Below, piece after piece: positions 24,556 to 38,875 of a DNA stretch of 64,000 nucleotides (within the stretch, counting starts at the first letter, position 1; each line of letters starts with the position of its first letter). Origin of the DNA: Octopus vulgaris (Eukaryota). The position numbers and the translations under genes were made by a program. The stretch spans positions 86,056,001 through 86,120,000 of the forward strand of contig OX597815.1 of assembly GCA_951406725.2 (NCBI GenBank), given 5' to 3'. Below the pieces are notes generated by a model, which made no database searches, was not told where the DNA came from, and saw only the letters and a list, made by a program, of their open reading frames with translations.

Positions 24556-25156
24556 ATAACAATAGGGTAATAAGAAATTATTATTACCAGTGGCCTACCA
24601 CAAAAACCAATTAGTCATTAGACTATATATTAATTTTCATTCCTTTCGAGAATTTATCCTTATTTGGTGGTTTGAGTTTTCTACTGCTCTTTCTAGCACA
24701 AGGCTTTCCTATTTGGAAGCCTCTTATTGTATTTCTATGTGAATAATATATAGTCTAATGACTAACTCGTTTTTGTGCTAGGCCACTGGTGATAATAATT
24801 TCTTATAACCCTATTGTTATATATTATGTTTAAATATTCTTTGATAAATTTGTTCGAAATTTTTATCGGCATCCTCTCTGTGGATATAATCTGCGTCTGC
24901 GCAGTGGTCTGGAAAGTTAGGATATACAACAGTTAGTTTTTACATGTGGATCTGGCTGTATGTATATTTGAAATCTAAAGGCTGTGCCACTGATGAAACT
25001 GGCCTTCAGCGAATATTTGTTTGCTGGAAATAGTCTGGGAAATAATTGAGATGGTAAACGCTTTTAATTTTCATTCCTTTCGAGAATTTATCCTTATTTG
25101 AGTTTTCTACTGCTCTTTCTAGCACAAGGCGTTCCTATTTGGAAACGTCTTATTGT
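24556..25156. mobile_element. Non-coding element with inverted 5' arm plus direct terminal repeat (Penelope pseudo-LTR-like architecture)
   Basis: Inverted arms 24556-24631 / 24745-24820; the spacer (aattttcattcctttcgagaatttatcc...tcttattgt) recurs directly at ~25065-25156. Confidence 0.65.
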
Positions 25157-25165
25157 GTGTATATA

Positions 25166-25546
25166 TCTCTCTCTATATAAACGGCAGTTTGTCTGTGCGT
25201 GTTTCCGTGTGTCTGTTTGCTTGTACCCTCACCCTGACCACGGCTTTCAACCGATTCTGATGAAACTTGACACACATAGCCCAATGTCATAATTCAAAAC
25301 TAACGCAGCAAAAAATTTTGAAAAGTTCCCCCAGTTCGGAAAAAAATCGATAAATTCGACATGGGGTCGAGAATCAGAAACACAAACCGCAAACTGTCTA
25401 GGGGACGCAACTCCACCTTTTTTAACTAAAAAAAAATTTACCATAATTTTTTTCCATTTTTTTGCTATTTTTTGGCTATAACTCTCTAACAATGCTTTAT
25501 AGTTATTTCCCTTACAAACCTGAGCAACGCCGGGCGATACTGCTAG
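25166..25546 (+). mobile_element. Complete non-autonomous Helitron (381 bp)
   Basis: A|TC 5' end, GC-rich subterminal hairpin-like cctgagcaacgccggg, CTAG|T 3' end, no TSD. Confidence 0.85.
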
Positions 25547-27324
25547 TATATATATATGTACGCCTACATTTGTATCTATGTACGTACATGTCTTTAGGCG
25601 TATGTGTTAGCAATGAGCATGTGTTTGTCAGTTATAAATAAATATGAACGGACCTTTACACTTGCTTTCATCTCTCTTCTTATTAACATATTTTCAATAA
25701 ACAAGCTTATCTCCATTTTCACACTATTGTTGTTTTGGAAATTCTGTAGAATGAAACTAACTCTTTCTTCTTGACTGAAAAGATATCTCAGCAATTCTTA
25801 ATCGATTAATATCAAATTTCCTCATCCCATTATATAAGCATATACTGACAAGCACGCATATTTACAGCTATACATTCATATACATTGCATACACCTCTTG
25901 CAAACATACACATACTCAACACCCACGCTCACATACACATATACAGGTTTGTATGTGTGTGTGTGAGTGTGCATACGTGTGTATATGTATACCTATATAC
26001 GTATATATATATATATATATATTGGTATATAGATATAATCACTCTCACCACACACATACATCTGTTTCTCGTCCATTTTAACACATTCACAGTCATGATT
26101 TAAACCCGAACTATTGTGGTTCTTATGGTAAACATACAAAATTACATGCGTAGAAACATCCGACCTCTTTCATACGTAGACACACAGATACAGAGGTGCA
26201 TATACTCACACATAGACATAGAGATTTATATTATGTATGTGTTCTTGTTCGCAAAATCAAGTGTTATTTCTACGAATCAATGTTAAAGGTTAAAAAAAGA
26301 TGGCTGAAAAAGGATTAAGAGCCTAAACTATTCTATTCGTGTATACATCTATGTCTAGCCTATCAACTACAATTACATAGTACCCAATGATATACATATG
26401 GTTCATATGCATAAACATCTTAAAATATGTAGCGACAGCATTTGACCTTAGATAAAAGAAGAGGCTGAAGTTGCGATACTTCCAGCACCAGAGATGACTA
26501 ACCTGTTTAGATCTTACGCTGTTAACCATCAATTATTTTTACAATATTAAATATTTACATATGCAGAGTGCAAAGTTTATATTATTGGTTGTCAATCACC
26601 TGAGTATTATACTTGGTTCGCTGGAAAACAATGGTGATTATCGTTTTTTCCGTCTCCCTTTCTCTCTTAAATAGGTTTTTTAATAGACATATATGCTTTG
26701 TTCGTGAGCTAAAGTTAGCATAACAGAATTGTTATCCGAATCGAATGTCTAGATGACATATTGTCGCGCAGTCGTATTTCATCATAACTCCGCTTGTGCC
26801 ATGAATTAATTCCATATCAAATACTGCAGATGTATGTGATGCCTATTCATATAATATAACTAGTAAATTCATATGTGACAGGAAAACTTCCACACGTGGC
26901 ATGCAGGTAGACCAATTACTTCAAATTCACTTTTGTCCTCCGCTATAGTCATTGATTTTGAGTCATCAGTTGTTAACCCTGCTTGCATTTCGGAACAGGG
27001 TTTAAATAGGAATTTATCTGGCTGTCTGCATCGTGTCATCACTTCATTGCTTCTGTAGAGAAACCTGCTTGTTACGTAATTATGTTATATTTTGCTGCTG
27101 TTCACTGATGATATATTCCTGAACTATTTATGTAAATGTCGACCATGTCAACATTTCCGTGTCTGATGTAAACACTGCGGAATCGAAATATGTAGGTTTG
27201 TACATATATCTTTGAAAATTACGCTTGTTACTTTGACGAATCTAATGTCGGTTTGTGATTTTTGTAACATTCTTGACTTGGAAATTACTTGTCTTTTTAG
27301 GCAATTTGCGATTAACACTAAATG

Positions 27325-27737
27325 GGTGCTACTTTGGTATGCAATCTACGTATCATGAAACTGATTTGGTATGCGATCACTTTATATTGTGATCTACTTA
27401 ACACGAACAAGGAAAACACCTGTATTGGTTTCAAAAGAATGTTTGGTTAGAGAGTATGAAACCATAAGTGTGTATAATAAAGGTATAAAGTGTATAAAAA
27501 TTTGAATTCTCTATTTTTTACTTTTGTAGCTCATGTTCTTTCTATTCGCCAATAAAATTAGTAAACTTGTTTCAAATCTGCTTCCTTTTAATTTTTTTAA
27601 ATAAATGTATAAAAAATTTAAGAATGTTTTTTATTTAAGCCATAATAAATAAATGAAACATGTAGATCGTATACTAAAGTAGAAGTTGACTCCTGTAGAT
27701 CAAGTTGGTTTCGTACATCGCATACCAAAGTAGCACC
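27325..27737. mobile_element. MITE with ~26-bp TIRs and subterminal repeats
   Basis: ggtgctactttggtatgcaatctacg / cgtacatcgcataccaaagtagcacc; internal partial copies at ~27364 and ~27661. Confidence 0.82.
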
Positions 27738-28825
27738 AACTACTTGGGCTCGAACCATTATCCATTCAACCGTTTTCTGTTTGTGAGTCGTCTCTACATA
27801 TAAGGCTATTTATGACTTGGATGGCGAGTGTCTGGAACCTTATGCAGCCATAACTAACATTTGTATTGTAGTATTTATGACTGGCTATGGAATTTTTAGT
27901 GATTGTGTTAGGCAGCACTAAGCCACCTAGTAGCTATATAGTTTGAAGGAGTGGTTGAACCTGATTATGTTCCCATTTTTAGTTTAGTTTAGGATTGATT
28001 TGTATCACTGAGTATGTATTCCAATTCGGTTTTAACTCGTTCACTTGGAAGGTTCTTCTTTAAAAAAAAAGTTGCTCTTTAGCCGAATGTTATCTTCAAT
28101 GATATTGAGAAGTTTTCAACGTGTATACACACTCAGTATACATATGAAATACCAATTTATAAATTAGAGTGTGCGACATCTTTAGAAAAACCTGGTATGA
28201 ATGATGAAATCTAAATATAGATACAGGACAACTAATAGTCCATGAGTGGATAAGCGATAAGCTAGATATAGCTTGCCTTATTGTAAGAGACAATGAAAGA
28301 CGGAACGAGTATCAAGTTGCCTTGAGGGAAACATTATAACGATAAAGAAAAGTAGATCTTACCAAGGTAAGAAATTCAATATCGAAAGAGTTGATAAGTA
28401 TAACAAATAAGGAAAATGCTTTACTGAATATAGAAAATGCTTTCATAAAATAACGTGAGAAATATTCCATTGTTAGAATTAGACAAACTAATGAGCTCGG
28501 TCATATGAGTAAAGATATCTGCTCTAATGCCAAAATACTCAAGAAGACTTTTCTTGGCTAAAGATGACAATGAAGGATCTAATAAGTTGAATTTCTACTT
28601 CTGGAACCGGTCCCACCATTATGAATCTTTAATTGTTGTTATATACGTCACAGAACATGTTTGCAATAATTCTAACAAACATCTCTGTCAAGGAACATAC
28701 GGCTGTTTAAGGATAGTAATATGCAATTAGGTTACAAACAAACAATATATGAGAGATTTTGAGTGCGTTTCTATATATGTTTTTGCGGATATATGATACA
28801 CTGCCGATATATATATATAGAGAGA

Positions 28826-28987
28826 GGTGCAGGCGTGGCTGCGTAGTAAGTAGCTTAATTCCCAACCACATAGCTCCGGGTTTAGTCCCACTGCGGATCA
28901 TCTTGAGCAAGTGTCTTCTACTATAGCCTTGGATCGACCAAAGCTTTGTGAGTCGACTTGGTAGACGGAAACTGAAAGAAGTTCGTC

Positions 28988-28989
<2 letters not shown>
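28826..28989 (+). mobile_element. tRNA-derived SINE (family A), 5' head
   Basis: ggtgcaggcgtggctgcgtagtaagtagc...gggtttagtccc...gacggaaactgaaagaag followed by (TA)n. Confidence 0.85.
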
Positions 28990-29026
<37 letters not shown>

Positions 29027-29039
29027 AGAGAGGAAAGAA

Positions 29040-29423
29040 ATGTAAGTCTCAGAAATTTTCTATAATATAATTTATGGTGATATTAGGATCATGTTACATC
29101 ATTACATCATTAAAAATTAAGTTAGTACCGGTTTCACGATCGAACGATTGTCAACTTATATAGAGAGAACATTTGTGCTACTAATAGGACGCCATCTTTG
29201 AAAATAGTTGAACACTGAAGAAGCAATATATCAAGGGGAGCAAATCTTGTTTTTTTCATGAAGCTTTTCAGTGTTTTTGGCAAGCATGCAGTTACAGGAG
29301 TCATTTCATTTTATACACAGTTAATTATATTACCGTACTAGGTTTTAAAGATTAAGCAGTAATGAGTGAATGAATGTATATGCATTTATTTTATGCTCTA
29401 ACATATCATTTTCTCTCTTGTAA

Positions 29424-29498
<75 letters not shown>

Positions 29499-30095
29499 TA
29501 TATAGCTTTTTTGTATATGTTGAAATTCTATAATTGAATAAAGTAAATCAGTCCAACAGAAAATGAACGAGAAAGCAATTGCCAAGATATAAATACTTTC
29601 TCCATAAGAATCATGTCGGACTTCTCATGACTCAGGTCTGAATATGAATGGGTGTCCAGGAGTCAAGTAGTTAACTGGCAATTAGTAATACAATTAAACT
29701 GAATTTGTTCAGGTTTGTATTTTGGGATTAAATATGTCTATTTATTGAGTCGTTTTTGTGTAGAAGTCCAGTCAGCAAATTTATATAGAGGGAAAATAGT
29801 GAATTTAGGTTGTATTCGTTTTGTACATACGTCTATATGTTCACTGAGATAAATTTGGCGGTATTGTGGTGAGGCTATCTGTTGACGATGCATCGTACAA
29901 CGTTGACGGATAGAATTCCCCGTGCTACCGATATAGTCTTTCTGGCAGCCCGAGCATCTGATTACGTAGATCCGATTTTCGGATGCACAAGTGAAATTTG
30001 ATTTAATTGTAAAGTGATGCCTTTGTTTAAAATAGTATCCTGACCCTTCCAAAAGGTTGGGGCATGTACCACAGTTGGTTTGCTTAATAGACACA
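29040..30095 (-). mobile_element. Penelope-like element 3' end (GIY-YIG domain, 3' UTR/pseudo-LTR)
   Basis: ORF 29738..30211: CGTCPNL..FTCASENRIYVIRCSGCQKDYIGSTG..RQRCTMHRQQI; homologous to 63420-63780; decayed hammerhead-like motif at 29122-29158. The extent left of 29690 is tentative. Confidence 0.8.
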
Positions 30096-30126
30096 CATCT
30101 TTCATCCATATATGTATATATGTGAC

Positions 30127-30163
<37 letters not shown>

Positions 30164-32995
30164 ATTATAAATAAGGGCAAAAGAAAAAATTCTTTGCCAA
30201 TACGCTGACAAGTTTTTTTGCTTTGCTCTTATTCATAATTGTATTTATAATTTTCACCTTAGAACGTATTTTCATATTCTGGCGACTGATAAGATGTTTT
30301 GAAAAATGTTAGCCTTATATTCAAAGTATATTTATATATATATGCGTGTGCAGAAATGTACATGTGTGTGTTTACTACATGAATACTGAATATAATTCAT
30401 TAAAATAGCTATCAAATTTTTGTCAAATAACAGCCATGTGGACGGAATGTATTACCATAATCTTTCCTTTAGAGAAACCAGTTTAAGTTTTAGCTGGAAT
30501 CTTCAGCAGATTATAATTAATGTAGTGCAGCTGACATTACTTCCTTAATGAAACTTATTCAAACTCAGGAATACAATGAATATATCAGCCTTAACAAGGA
30601 CGGACATACAGTAAAAGAATGATTTGGTTATATGGGTCTCAATATATTCAGATCATCAGTCAATTAAACATTGCTATTAAATATGTAAATATGCATATAT
30701 GTAAATATCATGTATGTGCGTGTGTGTTAATAAATACACACTGGGTTCCCTATACATATCCATGTACACACATACACACACATACATGCACATAGACCAT
30801 TCAATATATGTGTACAATCCAATAAGCAAGCCGTTACTATGTTAAAATATTCTATTCACTTAAGAATTAATTCACCTGTTGATAAACACCTGTTTATTCT
30901 ATTAAATATTAAATCCATTATTTATGATAACTGTAGGAAGGATGTTCTTATCATCTATCATTCTTTTAACAAAAATTAGTTTTATATTCTTACATATTGT
31001 CTAACGTCACTATTCCTGTCAACATCATATTGAGATCAGCTACTTCTTTTCAATGGCATTTATCCTATTTGGTTTATTCATATCGATCTCATCGGGATGG
31101 GTTAATTTGTCGAACGAGCGGTGTTGGAAGCATTGCTGGTTACCAGGAGGGACAAAGGACTTTATTTATAGGAAATTTATAAACCTATTTTTTCTTCGAA
31201 CTCATCGCATACATGTTAGTGAAACACTGCTTAATTATATTATGTCTCATTCCTTAATGAAAGAATATCTTAGCATAGGGCAGACATAATGCAAATACTT
31301 GTTCGAGGAAATTGTGACCTTCTTTAGCTCACCGATCAAAGATGAGTGTATTTACATAAATACACACACACAAACATACACACATAGATCCATGCACAAA
31401 CATGTATGCATGCACACCGATAGATCAGTCCCTAAATAAAACTTGTAATTTGGGCAGACAGAATCGATGAAGTTGGGCAAAATTCTGACCCATATTGATT
31501 TAAATCCTTTTATGTTCTGGTGAAAAATCGAGCCTTGTTTGAATTTTATCCTTCTTTGGGTGAGAAATTTGATGCCAATCAAATACTAGAGTTGATCTAT
31601 TTGATTACATTCTTTTACCAAACATGCGCCATTGTGTCACATCAACTGTCAATTATTTCATAAGTACAGTAGAATGTCCTTTCTAGTTTGATGTTTACGT
31701 GCTGTCGGAATCGATTTTGCATTTTATCACTGAAGGCAGCGAATTTACAGAGTCGGAAAGATATTGGATAGGCTGCTACTTGGTGTTCCCATATAATTTC
31801 CTCGATAGAAATGTACCAATCCGGATGAGTTAGCGGAACTGATTGACAGCCGAGTGAGATGCTGTGTTGCGTTTACTCCAGTTAATTGCGATCTAGCAGC
31901 AAAGCTCCTGGTGCTAAGCTGTATCCATCCATGTCATGTCAGCAGACTTTCCCTTGAAAATTGAATACATGGGTAACTGCTAGTCTGAGTAAAAAAAATA
32001 ACTCTTGCAAACAACCTCACATACAACTACTGACGCGTAGGGAATATTGACCGACAGGCGCTCAACATGAGGGCTACCAAAATAAAATCCAATAATATGG
32101 TATCATCGAAGCCTGAGAATATCCTTCAACACTCATATATTTCATCTCTATTAATTTATGAGGACGCAATATTTACTATGGTATGAGAGAACTTGCGTTC
32201 AGATGCTTTATTGTATTCTAAGACGTGTATGAAAATTCTATTAATACTATATTAATGGAGATTTAATGGAATAAAAATCAGCTATCATTAATCTTTATTT
32301 AGCATATAGGAAAATTAGCATTTAATTGAAAATAGTCAAGTGACATATAATTAAAAGATTATCTGCTCATTTGACTCAGCTATAGCTGAGTCAGTTGGGA
32401 AGCTGAGCACTACGTTGTTTCTTTCATTTAATGAAATGCGAAGGTCATCTCAAGATTCGAACGTAGACAAGAACAGGTATATTTTCGAAATTTACTGCTG
32501 CTTTTTTTGATAACATCATGAAATGACAGAAGTAAAATATATTCAGCCTGCACTATATTTGAACTAGAAACACAATGAGATTTAATCTTCGTATATTATT
32601 TGTTAAAATGTCATTATATATTAATATTTCTCCGAAAGCTTATTTCAGTTTCTGCCAACAACAACTTAATTTATTTTTTTTATCACGAACAAAAACACAC
32701 ACTGCATATCCCCTAATCCTCGAGGTTAATTGAGTACATTTCAAATATTTGACCAAGTACCTATAAAAATACGGTATTTGAATTTATACCAGAAGAGATA
32801 CCATAAAACGTTGGACTTACATCTAATAAAATGAAAGGTATATTTGTAGATCAAAAATCTATATTCATAAAATAAATTGATCTATGTTACTGTCATGCTC
32901 TTGAAATATCTCCAGTATATTCCATGATATACCGATTATTTTCTTACTTAGCTTCGTATATGCATATATATATATATATAATTGCTAATTAGAAA

Positions 32996-33040
<45 letters not shown>

Positions 33041-33330
33041 CCTATATATACATGTATACAGAGAGAGAGAGAGAGAGGGAGAGAGAGAGAGAGAGAATGA
33101 GAGAGAAAGAGATAAATAGATGCATGTATATATGTGTACATATAAATACATGATGATATGATATTAATCAAATGCATTAGAGCGGTAGTCAATGAAGTAC
33201 TTAATGTATAATGTAGATTAGATATTTATTTATTCAAAATCAAATCATACGCTAAACTTAGTGTTTCGTGCTATCTAATGTATGTTCAGAATTCGAACAG
33301 TATGACCCATGATGGCGTGTTATGTTTGTG

Positions 33331-33409
<79 letters not shown>

Positions 33410-33411
<2 letters not shown>

Positions 33412-33973
33412 TGTCCGTATTTATTCGAAGAGGACAATGTTATAGTGACTATGAACTATGATCGATATTGTGTGATGCTATAAACATTTCTATAAACCCA
33501 AATTGAATAAACTTCACGTTATGGACAACGTTTGGTTTCAAGAGAATGGGGCAAAAGTCTGCACTTCTCGACGTGCAATGGGGATTTTGAGGGAGATGCT
33601 CCCCGGTCATTTGATCTCATTGGGCGGTGACATCGCTGATTTGAACCCGTGTGATTTTTTTGTGTGGAGGTACATGAAATCAGAGGTATACACGCATCAC
33701 CCTTGATCTATTGCACATTTAAAATATGCCTTTCGTCAAGAAATTGCTGTTATTCCATATGAAGTGACCCATGGAGTTATGGACAACTTTCGTGAACGCC
33801 TTTGACAGTGTGTGGACAGTAACAGCACCCACTTGACTGATTTAATTTTTAAAACTAAGTGAAACAAAATAGCATTATATGTAGACTTTGAAATAAAAAC
33901 ACATTATTAGTTCTTTAGTCTTTTTTGCTTTAATTAGACCTACAAGTATGTCGAATCATTTTTCAGCAGCCTG
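33410..33973 (+). mobile_element. Decayed Tc1/mariner (DD41D-like) transposase 3' fragment
   Basis: WFQENGA...HLISLGGDI.ADLNPCDFFVWRYMKSEVY; ends ...cagcctg|ta. Confidence 0.8.
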
Positions 33974-34589
33974 TATGTGTACCGTTGTACATACACACAC
34001 ACGCACACGCACGCACACTTACACATGTTATATATAAATACGCATATACGCAAAACACATACAGCTTTCATGCATAAACGCTTATGATACGTGCACACAC
34101 AGCGTCACGCACATTTGATGCAGAAACACATACGCATGAAAGAACGCACACGCGCGACCACGATAAGCGCATAAAACATACCATACACGTACAAAATAGC
34201 GGCTACACATATGCGTTTGCATACATACACACATACACACACACACATATCTGATAACCTGACATACATATACGTTACACAGCCTCACACACTCCCACAC
34301 GTATACAAACGTCCACACACACACACACACTTACATCGCTCCACTCAGAACAATTACAGTAATTGTTTACTCTCATACACATGCACACGCACTCTTCCAT
34401 ACGTATACACACACACTCGCATAATCTTATGCATGCCCATACATGCATACACACCCGCTCGCCCATACACACATATACTCTACACAGATCCTCATATAGA
34501 AACACGCAAGCCAGGTTACTGTTATCTTACCTTCCATTCAACGACAGATCTCCAGTCAATTTGATATGTAAAACGATTAATCCAAACAT

Positions 34590-34745
34590 GCTTTTTTCTC
34601 TCCGTATTTCTTTCTCCGTTTTCTCCCCTTATTACTTTCTGTCGAAGAGCTTAGGCTCGAAACGTCAAACACTTTTCCGTTTTTTCTGAGTGTTAAACTA
34701 TCTATTACTCCTTGTTTGTGGTTCCCTTACTTTTCACTGTTTTCT
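34590..34745 (+). repeat. Short interspersed repeat with hammerhead-like motif, copy 1
   Basis: ctttctgtcgaagagcttaggctcgaaacgtcaaa...gagtgttaaact; homologous to the 39650 and 62405 copies. Confidence 0.75.
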
Positions 34746-34780
34746 GTTTTATTTTTATTTTATTTTTTTATATTTGAACC

Positions 34781-34823
<43 letters not shown>

Positions 34824-35112
34824 GTAAATAAATGGAGTTGAACGTAGGTGTTATTCAAATTCTTTTTGTACCCATTCGTACCCACCTGCGTTCAACTCCA
34901 TTTATTTACTTACACTATACAAATTACTGCACATTAACCAGGGGTTTCTACCTTTGAATAGGCCGCTACATCCTTGTTACTTGCGTGAATTATGCTACCC
35001 TGGTAACTTTATTGAATTTTCCATGTTAACTCTAAATAAAGAATAATTCATTCATCCATTCATATATTTATGATGTATATATATATATATCTACACACAC
35101 ACTTATATGTCT

Positions 35113-35159
<47 letters not shown>

Positions 35160-36596
35160 TACATATATACACTTATATTCGAGGATAGGTTATCTTTGCA
35201 TGGCATGGGGAGAGGAGAAAGCTATGATTTGGGGCTGGAGTAGTTGGAAAAGAACATTTTTGTTTCCTGACGTACTGTTAGCAGTAATGCAAATATGTCA
35301 GTTTATAAAGAGAGGTAACTCTGCTATGTCATAAAGGACAAAGAGAATATGATACTAGAAATGTAGTAATCTGGACATGGACATAGTTACACGCATGTGA
35401 GTAATACTGTGAAAGTAAATGTTAAACAGCTGGGGGAGAATGTGGCTTCTCCTCAGTGCAAACTATGCGACAGGCATGAGTGAGACTCGTTATAAAAGCA
35501 GCTCAGTATCAATGAGCAGATGTTATTACGGTTTGAGGAATAAATTAGACTTAGTAACGAAGGAAAAGTTTGGTGAAAAAGAGGAAGGATACAACCTCAA
35601 TGCCAAAATCGTTTTAGTAGAAGACGAAGAGAAAGGTAAAAGGGATATTTGGTAATAGGGGTGTTTATTGAATCAGGCATAAAGAAGCCATTACAAAAGA
35701 GAGAATCACTTGAGCTTCGGACTAAGAGGGAGATGGATCAAGGCATAGAAATACATTGATGCAACTAATTTTCCAGAGAATCTGGAGAAAAACGTTAATC
35801 TAATTCATTACAGACAAACAGACACACAGAGATAAAGAAACACACACACACACACATACCCACACACGCACATACACACATACATATACACATATACGCA
35901 TGCATATATTTCTGTATATAACCATAAATGTATATACGGTAACGAATATTTATAGAATCAAATATATATGCATATGTTGTACGTGTCTATGAACACACCG
36001 TGTTGGAGAGACAAGGGCTAATAACGAATGGGTACAAAAAGTAGAGTAAACTGCAGAAATCGGGCCAATTATTTTTGTGTATCTATTATATAAAACAATT
36101 TTTGTTATTTATAGGAACTATTATACACAAATATGTATGTAATATCCTAAGTACACATCGCCTACACGGATATGCTTCCATCCAATTATAATTTCATATT
36201 CAAATATTGAATGTCTGTAAAATCCTCTTCTTCATAATACATACATACACCCGTTCACACACTCATTTATATTTAGAGAGAGTGAGAGGCAAAGCAAGTT
36301 ACATAGACGGAATCACTGAGGAAGAAATAGAAATACGTACATTATATATAAATATATATACAAAATATGGGGGGGGGGAGAAGTTAGTTCACAGGTGATC
36401 TAAACGACCAGGTACGCTGAGTGAGTGCTGTAACCGATTACCAGGGCTCCGAGTGAGAAAGTCTTTTACGGCTATGAAACCAAGACGGGAGTAATGAAGC
36501 CATTGTAGATTTTCAATATAGTGGATATATATTTGTTAAAGAGGACAACAATCGCTAAGTCAAGACAAGCATGTCGAGTCATATACGTTATTATTG

Positions 36597-36637
<41 letters not shown>

Positions 36638-36640
36638 GTT

Positions 36641-37657
36641 CAGTAGTATATTTTTTATATCGTGCTTTCACTTCACTACCGAGCGCAGCTCTGTGTGCCT
36701 TGGGTATGTGCTGGGATTTGTTGTGATGCTCTTATGGTTATTGTATGGAAAGTATTCTGCGTAGGATGTGTGCAGTGCCTAGTAGTGCAATTTTCTGTAT
36801 GTTATATGTGTTTGTAAGTCCTGGTGTTTTTGTTATGCATTATCTGAATATTTTTTTATCATGCCTAATGCACCAATTATGATAAGAATTGTTTCTGTTT
36901 TTAGATTCCACATTCTGGTTACCTCTATTTCCAGGTTTTTGTATTTTGAAAGTTTCTCCATTTCTTTTAGAGACACGTTGTCATCCGCTGGTATTGATAC
37001 ATCAATTAGAAAACATTTTTTTCTTCATGATCTCTGACAACTATATCTGGCCTGTTGGCCTTAATTTCTCTATCTGTGTGTATTGGCATATCCCAGAGTA
37101 TGGTTGCTTTCTCGTTTTCTGTGACCTTTTCTGGTGTGTGCCTATACCATCTTTTTTCTGTTGTTATTCCATAATGTTGGCATAGTTTCCAGTGTATATA
37201 GGTCCCAACTCTGTCGTGTCTGTGAATATATTCCTTCTTAGCCAGGACTGGGCAGCCAGAGATAATATGATTTATTGTTTCTTGTCCATCTCCACATATT
37301 CTGCAGTTACTTGTTATATTTCTTTTCATTACATGTCTTTGGTAATTTCTGGTGGGGAGGCTTTGGTCTTGTGCTGCAATTAAAAATTGAGCTTCTCAAC
37401 CATTGTTGGGATTTTTCTTTGTCTATTTCTTTTGCATTTAGTTTAGTCCGGTATTTGCCATGAAGGGGTTTTTCTTGCCATCGTTTTATCATAGTTCGTT
37501 GCTGTTCTATTTTTAGTTTGGATTTCATTTGTTTTATAGCTTTTGTTGTTTCTTCTTCTTCTTCTTCTTCTTCTTCTTCTTCTTCTTCTTCTTCTTCTGC
37601 ATATTTGTTAGGTGGTATGATTGCTTGTTTGTATTTGTCAGCTTCCTTAAATACTGT
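36641..37657 (-). mobile_element. 5'-truncated R4/Dong element in a (TAA)n array
   Basis: CRICGDGQETINHIISGC zinc knuckle, RHD, RPDIVV (RLE); (ATT)n on both sides; highly similar to 59335-60306. Confidence 0.93.
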
Positions 37658-37683
37658 ATTATTATTATTATCATTGTCATTAA

Positions 37684-37735
<52 letters not shown>

Positions 37736-37738
37736 GAT

Positions 37739-37802
<64 letters not shown>

Positions 37803-38122
37803 GAAAAATTTACAGCCTTACAGCTGTTCCTGAGATTTCGTAAAATGTGGGATACTCCGTCATGGGAGAAAAATAGGACAAATGCAAAGGTTATAGTTCA
37901 AGGAAACGATGAAATAAAGTACTGGGGGAACAGAAATAAAGAAATGAACAAAAGAGAAGCATAAAAGTTCACAGAAACAGCTGTAAAACTAAATTTTTCT
38001 GATAACAATAATGATAATAATAATAATAATAACGTATATGACTTGAGATGCTTGTCTTGCCTTAGCGTTTGTTGTCCTTTTCAATGAATATAGATATACA
38101 TGCATATTTTTGTGTGAAGTGC

Positions 38123-38178
38123 TCCATTTCAAATTGTTTCAGTGGACTTTAACAAAAAAAATCATCTCATCAGATGGA
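38123..38178 (-). ncRNA. Degenerate type I hammerhead motif
   Basis: tccat-CTGATGA-...-GAAAC-aattt-GAA-atgga; stem I perfect, but the cleavage triplet is GAA, so probably inactive. Confidence 0.5.
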
Positions 38179-38244
38179 CTTATCGAATACTGAGCCCTAA
38201 TTCGTATGGAAAATTGCATTTTTATACATCTAAATGTGGGCATA

Positions 38245-38284
<40 letters not shown>

Positions 38285-38501
38285 ACTCTATCTCTCTCTC
38301 CTTTTCTCTCTTTCTTTAAATTGTCATATTCATTATATATTTATACTTATACATATTTACATACATTTTTATACATATTTATATTTATTTATTTATTTAT
38401 TTTTTTATTACATCAAATATTTTTCACACGTACATATCTTTCTGATGTGTCTTCTGATATTGATTTCCTAATATTAATAATAATATATTATTTAAAAATT
38501 A

Positions 38502-38546
<45 letters not shown>

Positions 38547-38678
38547 ACATACGTATAAAAACAGTATAATGTGTTGAGGATGATGTCTACATTAAAAATT
38601 CATTCATAAATTTACATTGTGATACGCTACCACAGCATATTGACATTAAGCATTATACTGATTTCAAATTTTAGGATA

Positions 38679-38826
38679 AGGCCAGCAATTCTGTGCGAAG
38701 GTTACATCAGTGCTCAACTGGTACTTATTTTATTGGCAGCGGACGGATGAATAATACTGTAGACTGCGGCAGAACTTAGGCGCGGGACGTAGCAGTTTAT
38801 CCGGCGCGGTAATGATCTTGCCAGCA
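38679..38826 (-). mobile_element. SINE family B, diverged
   Basis: cagtgctcaactggtacttattttattgg...ggatgaa...atcttgccagc. Confidence 0.7.
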
Positions 38827-38838
38827 AATATATATTTG

Positions 38839-38875
<37 letters not shown>

